A stretch of DNA of 64,000 nucleotides, from assembly GCA_035295425.1 (NCBI GenBank), contig DATGJB010000055.1, positions 33,698 to 97,697 of the forward strand, given 5' to 3'. Of this stretch, positions 20,143 to 27,247 are shown in pieces. Made by a program: the position numbers and the translations under genes. Origin of the DNA: Chloroflexota bacterium (GTDB lineage Bacteria; Chloroflexota; UBA5177). The notes beneath the pieces are model-generated. The model made no database searches, was not told the DNA's origin, and saw only the letters and a list, made by a program, of their open reading frames with translations. The stretch's first letter is position 1. Each line of letters starts with the position of its first letter.

Positions 20143-20906
20143 GCGATCTGCCCGAGGTTACAGCGCCTTCATCAGGACGAACAAGCGCACATTTTGGCTC
20201 GGCGGTGGGCAGTACGTTTGCCGGTAGCGAGAGCCTGCGATGGTGTCATCATGCACGGTTCACCTCCCTTGAAGTTCGCTCTCGCCGCGACACCAGTAGG
20301 ACATCCGCAATGTCTGCAACCCCTCGATATTGCCGCCGCGCGACGATGAACGGGCGGGCGCCGGATGCGGTGCCCGCGGAGCTGCCAGCTCGCGCGGGTT
20401 CACCCTCTTGGCAATGCGGCGTCAGGGGTGTGTCGCGCGCCGTCGCGGGTGGTGTCGTGCGCCGGGCCGGGAGCGGTGGTGCAGTGTCGCGCATGGTAGC
20501 CCCGCACATCGAGGTCCTGGACGGACCCCTCGTGCTCATGCGCCTGCTGTCGCCGGGCGGGAGCGCACCGGGGCGCTCCCCTACGGCCGCTGGTTATCCG
20601 GTGCCTGGTTATCTCGCGCCCGGTCATCGCGTGCACCGCATGTGGCGCCTCCGGCTGCGCGATGCGAATCGGGTGTTCCTCATGGTTTCCCGCGGAACTG
20701 CGGCCGTTTTGGGCGAAGGGCTAGCGTCCAGCAGGTACTTCGTCATACCGGCGCATCAAGTGGGCCGAGGAGATCATGGGTGACGCGAGCCTCCGACGAA
20801 AGCCGCAGACGCCGATCCCTACTACTCCAGTGCGTGGAGCAGCATCATTACGGTGATCTCCACGGCGCCGAAAAGGATCAGCCGGTCATGGTCGCGGCCT
20901 GGAGTG

Positions 20907-21272
20907 TCATGCAGCGGGCCGGAGATTCGCCGGGATCACCTGGTCGCGGATAAAGGACTTCACGTCGCCCGGCCCGGTGATCCGCAGCCAGACCGGACCG
21001 TTGTCGCGGTCGAAGCTGAGCGTGAAGCCGAAGAAGGGGCAGCACTTCCGCTCGGCGACGATCAGCGCCGCCGCTCGGGTGATCCAGGCATCTCGATTTG
21101 GGAATCGGAGGGCGTAGCCCTCAGCCAGTTCGGTTACGTCCTCTGCGTCTGCAAGGAGCTGCCCCCATTCGTTACCTCGCTCCACCAGCTCGGGAGCCGA
21201 GAGGCTGCAGGCGACGTCGATGTCGAATGGTGCCTGGTCAGTTGTGTCCATGATGTGTCCTTTCTTGATCAC
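20907..21272 (-). CDS. Hypothetical protein with Cys-Cys motif (ERKCCPFFGF)
   Basis: 121-aa ORF (or 114 aa from ATG 21251); last gene of the putative MerR-controlled divergent transcript. Confidence 0.4.
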   Translation of the reverse strand: MIKKGHIMDTTDQAPFDIDVACSLSAPELVERGNEWGQLLADAEDVTELAEGYALRFPNRDAWITRAAALIVAERKCCPFFGFTLSFDRDNGPVWLRITGPGDVKSFIRDQVIPANLRPAA

Positions 21273-21373
21273 TCACGGTAAACGTGTCGAGCGTCCGCTG
21301 GTACCTGAAGATGCTTTGAAAAACCGACACCGGCCGGAGGGGCCGGGCCACGAAGTTTTGAAGGGCGCTTTTG

Positions 21374-21622
21374 CTACGCGCAGCAGTCACCGCAGGGCGC
21401 GGCAGACGGTGCTGGTACGAGTGACGGTAGCCACCCACGAAACCAACTGCGAATGCGTTGAATCGAGGCCCGGTCTCCAGCTCTGAGTTGCCTGCTCGCA
21501 CTATCCGAGCCCTCCTTTCGGCCCTGGCGCGCCAGTCGCTCAAGGTGCAGGGCTGCCTGGATTCGCTCGCGCTCTGCACGGTACACCTGCCACAGGTCTC
21601 GCGGATCGTCATAGGGAAGCAT
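21374..21622 (-). CDS. Small hypothetical protein (82 aa) ending in PCGDCCA
   Basis: ATG 21622 preceded by a GGAAGGAG RBS at 6-nt spacing; overlaps the stop of the upstream small ORF. Confidence 0.3.
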   Translation of the reverse strand: MLPYDDPRDLWQVYRAERERIQAALHLERLARQGRKEGSDSASRQLRAGDRASIQRIRSWFRGWLPSLVPAPSAAPCGDCCA

Positions 21623-21767
21623 CACGTTCTCCTTCCGCTCGCACGCTGATCGGCTGGCCGCACGTATCCGGTTTGGAAGATTCCGGCGGGCGGTTGATCC
21701 GCGGTGTGCCGGTGAGGCTGCGGACGGTCGCGGCGCCGATTCTGCCGCAGTCGAGGTCTTTGCTCAT
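21609..21767 (-). CDS. Small hypothetical peptide (52 aa, two Cys), first ORF downstream of the MerR-type promoter
   Basis: ATG 21767 with a GAGAAAGGA RBS; high C at third codon positions; contains the RBS of the next ORF. Confidence 0.2.
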   Translation of the reverse strand: MSKDLDCGRIGAATVRSLTGTPRINRPPESSKPDTCGQPISVRAEGERDASL

Positions 21768-21822
21768 GGATGGTCCTTTCTCTCTAGGTAACCGGGGCAT
21801 CGCTTGCACCCGCTTGAGGTCT

Positions 21823-21853
21823 ACGTTAATACTTAAAGTGCACTTTAAGTCAA
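21823..21853 (-). promoter_or_regulatory. MerR-type promoter: -35 TTGACT, 19-bp spacer containing a perfect 20-bp palindrome ACTTAAAGTGCACTTTAAGT (21831-21850), -10 TAACGT
   Basis: Read directly on the minus strand; 19-bp spacing and spacer-embedded dyad are the hallmark of MerR-family-activated promoters. Confidence 0.5.
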
Positions 21854-21870
21854 GAGGGAATTTGAGAGCC

Positions 21871-22263
21871 ATGAACGATCTGTCGATTGGTGAGGTGGCG
21901 CGCCGGGCCGGGATCCGCGCCTCGGCGATTCGCTACTACGAGCAAGCCGGACTGGTGACGGCGCCGCAGCGCAGGAGCGGTCAGCGCCGCTACCGCCCGG
22001 ACATCCTCGATCGCCTGGCGCTCATCCAGTTCGCTCGGGATGCGGGCTTTACCATCGCCGAGATCCGCCAGCTCTTCGAGGGGTTCGAGGACCAGACGCC
22101 GGCTTCGCTGCGCTGGCAGATCCTCGCTCGCGCGAAGCTGGCTGAAGTTGACGCGTTGCTCGCGCGCGCCGAGCGGATGCGCACGCTGCTCGGGCAGGCG
22201 CTGGCGTGCGGTTGTCTTCGCCTCGAGGATTGCGCTCGGGCCATCCACGCCCGCCGGCGCTAG
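21871..22263 (+). CDS. MerR-family transcriptional regulator with C-terminal Cys cluster (ACGCLRLEDC), likely metal-responsive
   Basis: N-terminal HTH IGEVARRAGIRASAIRYYEQAGL; coiled-coil dimerisation region; Cys-x-Cys-x5-Cys loop like CueR/ZntR/CadR metal sites. Confidence 0.8.
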   Translation: MNDLSIGEVARRAGIRASAIRYYEQAGLVTAPQRRSGQRRYRPDILDRLALIQFARDAGFTIAEIRQLFEGFEDQTPASLRWQILARAKLAEVDALLARAERMRTLLGQALACGCLRLEDCARAIHARRR

Positions 22264-22439
22264 CCGGCGCTGCGCCTGGCCGGAGTGGGCGTCACCGCCC
22301 GTGCGCGCCACGCCGCGACCTGTGTGGCAGCGCGGGCCCGAGGACGCGAGACCGCTGTACCCACTGTCCTTCCTGCTCTGATGCCGAGGTGGGATGGCGG
22401 CACACTGCTTGGGAGCAGCCTCGCGGATAATGAGACATA

Positions 22440-23333
22440 ATGTTGCCTCTCATTTCAGTCATCGTCCCCACCCGCAATCGCTCGGCGCTGCTGGCGAGGC
22501 TGCTCGAGTCGCTGGGACGGCTGGAGTATGCGTCGTGGGAGGCACTCGTGATCGACGACGGCTCGACGGACGGCACGAGCGAGGTGGTGCGGGGCTTCCT
22601 CGATCGCGGTCTGCCGCTCGGGTACCTTTATCAGGCGTGGAGCAAGATGGGGGCGGCGCGTAATCGCGGGCTGCTGCACGCGCGCGGCGAGATCGTGGCC
22701 TTCACCGACGACGATTGCGTGGTCGATCCCGGCTGGCTGTCGGCGATCGCGCGGACCTTCGAGCGGCATCCGGAGGCGTTGGGCGTGCAGGGGAAGACCA
22801 TCACCGACCGGGCCGCCATGACGCCCTTCACCCGCCAGGTCGATCAGCCGGAGGGCGGACCGCCCTACCGGACCTGCAACATCGCCTACCGAACCTCGAT
22901 CGTGCGCGAGCTGGACGGCTTCGATCCGCAGCTCATCCGCGGCGAGGACGCGGTGATGGGAATGCGCGTGCTGGAGCGCGGACCAATCGTCTTCGCGCCT
23001 GATGCCGTCGTCTGCCACCCGCCGCGCCCCAAGGAGTGGGCCGATCGCCGCGCCTGGCGCACCCTGCTGGAGAGCGAGCTGCACTTCAAGCGGACCTACC
23101 CGCAGTACATGGCAGCGCGCTCGCCCACGCTGTCGCTGCAGAAGGCGGAGCATGTGCTGTCGCGCTGGCTCGTTCTCCCGGTCCGACGGTACTGGCGCTG
23201 GCACTACGCCTATCTCCGGCGCGAGCCGCTGGAGTACCTGCGGTACGTGCCGCTGATCATCCGCGAGAAGCTGGCGCTGTTCAGCCTGCTGCCCTTCTTC
23301 CTGCGACGCTGGCGATCGCGAAGCAGGCAATGA
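22440..23333 (+). CDS. GT2-family glycosyltransferase
   Basis: VIVPTRNR, DDGSTDGT and FTDDDC (DxD) motifs, YRTCNIAY; stop overlaps next start (ATGA). Confidence 0.85.
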   Translation: MLPLISVIVPTRNRSALLARLLESLGRLEYASWEALVIDDGSTDGTSEVVRGFLDRGLPLGYLYQAWSKMGAARNRGLLHARGEIVAFTDDDCVVDPGWLSAIARTFERHPEALGVQGKTITDRAAMTPFTRQVDQPEGGPPYRTCNIAYRTSIVRELDGFDPQLIRGEDAVMGMRVLERGPIVFAPDAVVCHPPRPKEWADRRAWRTLLESELHFKRTYPQYMAARSPTLSLQKAEHVLSRWLVLPVRRYWRWHYAYLRREPLEYLRYVPLIIREKLALFSLLPFFLRRWRSRSRQ

Positions 23334-25282
23334 CGGGCCAGCAACCGCTGGCGAGCGTGGTGGTGCCCACCCGCAACCGGGCAGTGCTGCTACCGGCGCT
23401 ACTGGCTGCGCTGGACGCGCAGGACTACCCGGCGGTGGAAATCATCGTCGTGGACGATGCAGCACAGGATGAGACCTGGGATGTGTTGCAGCGCTGGCAG
23501 CAGGCTGGAGGGGCGTCGACTCCTGAAGGGACTGCGGCATCTGCGGTTCCACGCGAAGGCATAGAGTCTATGGACGCTGATATCCGTGGGGTTCTTCATG
23601 GGCCGCCGCGGGGAGGGCGCCCCGACGGCGCCGCCCCTGCAGCCGACCCGCCGGAAATCACGCGGTCGCGGGTGGCGCTTCGACTGGAGAAGCCATCGGG
23701 GAGCTATGTCGCGCGCAATGCCGGCTGGCGGGCGGCGCACGGCGAGATCGTCGCCTTCACGGACGACGACTGTATTCCCCGTCCCGGCTGGCTGAGCGCG
23801 CTGGTCGCGGCCATCGACGGGGACGCGGGAGCGGCCGGCGCCCAGGGTGTCACCCTGGCGATGGGCGGTGAGAGGACGCCCTTCACCCACCAGATCGAGC
23901 AGACCAGACCGGGGCCGCCGTACCGCACCTGCAACATCGCGTACACCCGCGCGATCCTCGAAAGCCTGGGCGGCTTTGACGGTAGCCTGCGCTGGTACGC
24001 CGACAATATCCTCGGCCTGGAGGTGAGGGAGCGTGGGATCATCGCCTTCGCGCCCGATGCCGTTGTCGACCACCCGCCCCGGCCGCGCGAGTGGCGGGAT
24101 CGTGCCGCCTGGCGGGCGCGTTTTGCCGCCGATGCCAGGCATCGGGCCGCCCTCTACCGGCACGGCCTCGAGGTGCCGATGCCGCGGAGCATGCTTCGGC
24201 TTGCCCTACCGGTGATGCTGTGGATCGTGCGGCCAGTCCTCAAGCAGGGGCCGGCGCACCTTCGGTATCTCCTGCGCCATCCGGCCGGCTACCGGCGGCA
24301 GATCGGCCCGATGGCCCGCGAGAAGTGGGAGCTGATGCTGGCCTTGCGCGAGCAATGGATGGGGAAGCGGGCACAGGGCACCGCCTCGAGAGACCATGGC
24401 GGGCCACATGAGCTCCTTCCTCGGATCTCCGACCAGCCGCTCATCTCGGCCGTCGTCGTGACTCGGGGGGACCGCAACCTGCTGCAGGGCGCGCTGGACG
24501 CGCTCGGCCGGCAGACGTGGACGAACCGGGAAGTCATCGTGGTCCTTCACGGTTCGACGGACCCGGGGGCCCAGGAAACACCTGGCACCATTCGGTTCGT
24601 CAGCGTCCCGGGAGCGTGGTCGTTGGGCGCTGCCCGGCAGGCCGGTGTGGAGGCGGCGCGCGGTGAGATCGTCGCGTTCACCGACGACGACTGTCTCCCG
24701 GATCCGGATTGGCTCGCGGCGCTTGCCGACGCCTTCCAGGCGCAGCCCGCGCTCTGGGGTGTGCAGGGCAGGACGGTGGCCGAGCCGGGGCCGCCGGGCG
24801 CGCATGCCGTGCGCGTGGCCGGTCCGGATCCGCTCTACCAGACTTGCAACATGGCATACCGGCGAGCCGCGCTGGAGCGCGTGAGAGGGTTCGACACGGA
24901 CTTCGACGGCTGGTTCGAAGACACCGCGCTGGGCGCGCGGATCACGGCGCGCGGCCCGGTCGGTTTCTTCCCCGAAGCGCTGGTGACACACCGGGCGGTA
25001 TCGAGGCAGCCGCGAGATCGGTCAACCTGGCGCCGGGTGCTCGCCGACGAGCGGCGCCTGGCACGATCGTATCCCGATTTCTACCGCGCGGCGCGCGGAC
25101 CCGGCTTCCTGCCGGTGGTCATCGGACGCTGGCTCCTCGGCTCCCCGGCCAGGGCGTTGTGGCGCGCGCTGCCGCGTGCCGGCCACGAGCCGGTTGCGTA
25201 TCTCGCCTTTGTGTGGCAGCTGGCGGTGGAGCGCGTCGCCCTGCTGCGCGCCTTGCTCGACATCCGCCCGAGCGAGCGCTGA
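23330..25282 (+). CDS. Fused tandem double-GT2 glycosyltransferase (two complete GT2 domains, 650 aa)
   Basis: Domain 1 has VVVPTRNR, FTDDDC and YRTCNIAY; domain 2 has VVVTRGDR, FTDDDC and YQTCNMAY; domain 1 is paralogous to the preceding gene. Confidence 0.8.
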   Translation: MTGQQPLASVVVPTRNRAVLLPALLAALDAQDYPAVEIIVVDDAAQDETWDVLQRWQQAGGASTPEGTAASAVPREGIESMDADIRGVLHGPPRGGRPDGAAPAADPPEITRSRVALRLEKPSGSYVARNAGWRAAHGEIVAFTDDDCIPRPGWLSALVAAIDGDAGAAGAQGVTLAMGGERTPFTHQIEQTRPGPPYRTCNIAYTRAILESLGGFDGSLRWYADNILGLEVRERGIIAFAPDAVVDHPPRPREWRDRAAWRARFAADARHRAALYRHGLEVPMPRSMLRLALPVMLWIVRPVLKQGPAHLRYLLRHPAGYRRQIGPMAREKWELMLALREQWMGKRAQGTASRDHGGPHELLPRISDQPLISAVVVTRGDRNLLQGALDALGRQTWTNREVIVVLHGSTDPGAQETPGTIRFVSVPGAWSLGAARQAGVEAARGEIVAFTDDDCLPDPDWLAALADAFQAQPALWGVQGRTVAEPGPPGAHAVRVAGPDPLYQTCNMAYRRAALERVRGFDTDFDGWFEDTALGARITARGPVGFFPEALVTHRAVSRQPRDRSTWRRVLADERRLARSYPDFYRAARGPGFLPVVIGRWLLGSPARALWRALPRAGHEPVAYLAFVWQLAVERVALLRALLDIRPSER

Positions 25283-25350
25283 GCGGGATCCACGGTCTCG
25301 CCGCGCTCTGCCCCGGTTTCCTCGCGGCCGAACGGAGCACATAGTAAGAA

Positions 25351-25374
25351 AGGGGCGCCGTCACCGGCGCCCCT
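25351..25374 (-). terminator. Rho-independent terminator for the small-protein operon (10-bp perfect stem AGGGGCGCCG/CGGCGCCCCT, 4-nt loop, followed on the minus strand by UUCUUACUAU)
   Basis: Hairpin and U-rich tail read directly, 21 nt after the lmo0937-family gene stop. Confidence 0.7.
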
Positions 25375-25395
25375 GGATGTCGACGTCGCTTCGTC

Positions 25396-25560
25396 TTATC
25401 GGCTGAGGAAGCCTCCGGTCAGGAAGGCAATGACCGCGACGACAATGGCGATGACGAGGATGACCCAGATGAGTGAGGCGGCGAGGTGGAACACGCCACC
25501 CAGACCAAGCAGCCAGGCGATGATCAAGATGACGACGAGGATCCACAAGAGATTACCCAT
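25396..25560 (-). CDS. lmo0937-family small membrane protein (54 aa)
   Basis: Translation MGNLLWILVVILIIAWLLGLGGVFHLAASLIWVILVIAIVVAVIAFLTGGFLSR; GGAGG RBS 6 nt upstream; not in the ORF track (below 60 aa). Confidence 0.65.
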   Translation of the reverse strand: MGNLLWILVVILIIAWLLGLGGVFHLAASLIWVILVIAIVVAVIAFLTGGFLSR

Positions 25561-25572
25561 GACTTTCCTCCG

Positions 25573-25848
25573 TTAGAAAATGTGGGCGTACACGTGTAGC
25601 GCAACCAGCGCTACGGCCAGGAGTACCAGGACGACGACTGACCAGACGATCGTCTGAATCAGCTGAGTGGCCGCGAACGTGTTGGCGATCGGATCGTCCG
25701 CGATGACCGTTCGGGTCGCGGGCCGCCGCTCGACAACCGTTGCCGGCTCGACCGCGGCCGGCTCGACCACGCGAGCCGTTTCCACCGGTGCCACGTCTTC
25801 AGCTACCACCGGCTCATCGGTCACCACTCGATGTTCTTCGTAGGCCAT
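25573..25848 (-). CDS. Small tail-anchored membrane protein (91 aa; acidic V/E/P-rich N-terminus, C-terminal TM ending YAHIF)
   Basis: AAGGAG RBS; C-terminal segment QLIQTIVWSVVVLVLLAVALVALHVYAHIF is paralogous to the 52-aa protein two genes upstream. Confidence 0.55.
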   Translation of the reverse strand: MAYEEHRVVTDEPVVAEDVAPVETARVVEPAAVEPATVVERRPATRTVIADDPIANTFAATQLIQTIVWSVVVLVLLAVALVALHVYAHIF

Positions 25849-25863
25849 AAAGCCGCTCCTTGA

Positions 25864-25995
25864 CTAGAAGACCCGCAGGCCGTGGAGAATCAGCACCACC
25901 GCCACGATGATGATCAGCATGCAGATGAGGAAGATCCCCAGCATGTTCATGCTGGATCCGCCACCGGACGTGGTTCGCTCTTCGTAAACGGGCAT
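25864..25995 (-). CDS. Very small membrane protein (43 aa)
   Basis: GGAGAGGTG RBS 6 nt upstream of ATG; single TM LGIFLICMLIIIVAVVLIL; 15-nt intergenic gaps on both sides. Confidence 0.45.
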   Translation of the reverse strand: MPVYEERTTSGGGSSMNMLGIFLICMLIIIVAVVLILHGLRVF

Positions 25996-26010
25996 CGTTC
26001 ACCTCTCCTT

Positions 26011-26166
26011 CTAGAACCAGTGCGCGTAGATGTGCAGCGCGTACAGGCCCACGGCCAGCAGGACGAGCACCACCACCGCCCAGACGATCGTCTGGATCAG
26101 CGAGGAAGCTCCTATTGCCGTTCCGGCCGCGTCGTCGTCGGTTCGCACGATTCGTTCCTCGGACAT
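26011..26166 (-). CDS. Small tail-anchored membrane protein (51 aa), paralog of the 91-aa protein
   Basis: ATG 3 nt after the RHH gene stop with a GGGAGG RBS inside the RHH coding end; C-terminus LIQTIVWAVVVLVLLAVGLYALHIYAHWF. Confidence 0.55.
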   Translation of the reverse strand: MSEERIVRTDDDAAGTAIGASSLIQTIVWAVVVLVLLAVGLYALHIYAHWF

Positions 26167-26169
26167 CCC

Positions 26170-26376
26170 TCAAACCTCCCTGGTTACTGTCGTTTCCGGG
26201 CTTCCGCTCCTGGACACCGTTTCGACTTCCAGCATTCCCGGTTCAAGCCGGAAGTTGTGCATGTAGCTTTTGATCGCGCTAATCACGATGTCGTTCATGC
26301 TCCGGTCCTCCAGCGCAGCTTTGACACGGAGCTTGCGATGGAGGCTTTCCGGCAACTCGATGGTTGTCTTCGCCAA
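26170..26376 (-). CDS. Ribbon-helix-helix (CopG/Arc-type) DNA-binding protein, 68 aa
   Basis: Proposed TTG start with a GGGAGG RBS; RHH signature MAKTTIELPESLHRKLRVKAALEDRSMNDIVISAIKSYM; the long 161-aa ORF upstream of it is Pro/Arg-rich and probably non-coding. Confidence 0.6.
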   Translation of the reverse strand: MAKTTIELPESLHRKLRVKAALEDRSMNDIVISAIKSYMHNFRLEPGMLEVETVSRSGSPETTVTREV

Positions 26377-26869
26377 GGGCACCTCCCATCTTTCTGTCTT
26401 TCCATCGGTCCATCTCACCGTCTCCCTGTAATGCAAGTAGCGTGCCAGCCTGCTTCGTCCGACCCGACGAGGCTGGCTGAACGCCGTATCCTGGGATATG
26501 GACGGCGAGGACGGCACCAGCGGCAGACTCAGTCCGGAGACTGAAGCGTCGATTGTGGCGGCGCGCGACGGCGGCGCTGCCTGGAGTGGGATCGAGCGGC
26601 AGTTCGGCTTGACGCGCCAGCAGGCCCGCCACGCGTACCAGCGCGGCAAACGCACCGAGCGCCGCGCGGCCCGAAGAGCGGGCGCCGCCCGTCCCGACTC
26701 GCTCCCGAGGGATGACGCAGGAACGTAACCCGTTGTCGATCCGCGGCGACTACCTTGCGTGCCGAAGTGCCCGCATCGGGACCTGCATCAGCGCACCGAG
26801 ATCGGCCCTGGCTACTGACAATCCCCGATGCGCCAGCTATGGCAGGCCGTCCACTCCTGCGTCGGGCCG

Positions 26870-27169
26870 CCAATACGCCGGTTGGTAGGCCGCAGGTACT
26901 CTCTGGGTGCCTCTGTGGCCGTCTTTCGTCACGCATGCCACCCGGTTCCATGAATGCCGCGCGACTCCGCATACACGGTAGGCCGTCCACCCTCTGTGGC
27001 CGGCTTCCGCCCCGCCCGGGATTCCGGGTCCACTGGTCCGACAATCTCGGCATGCGTGTGTCCCCAAGCGGTGCATCGCGGCGTGTCGGAGGCGTGGTTG
27101 GCATGGGTGATAAAAGCCGGCCACAGAGGCACCCGGAGGGTACCCGCGGCCTACCAACCGGCGTATTGG
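26870..27169. mobile_element. MITE-like element: 52-bp terminal inverted repeats (26870-26921 and 27118-27169, 49/52 matching) around a 196-bp core with further degenerate sub-repeats
   Basis: Arms read directly: CCAATACGCCGGTTGGTAGGCCGCAGGTACTCTCTGGGTGCCTCTGTGGCCG versus its reverse complement with 3 mismatches; no convincing ORF inside. Confidence 0.5.
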
Positions 27170-27247
27170 GCGAGTTTCGAGTTGTGCCAGCCGCCGACGT
27201 CAATGCGTCGGCGGTTGGCTCTCGGCGCGAATGTAGTCGAAGGGAGG

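Noticed and set aside
19857-20783. 308-aa plus-strand ORF crossing the DUF929 gene and the repeat-containing gap
   Set aside because: Its first third is antisense to the DUF929 gene, and there is no RBS at any internal start. The repeat region is treated as non-coding, though a short protein starting near 20484 cannot be fully excluded.
23399-24991. Minus-strand ORFs antisense to the double-GT2 gene
   Set aside because: The plus-strand gene carries full GT2 motif sets. The antisense frames are Arg/Pro-rich.
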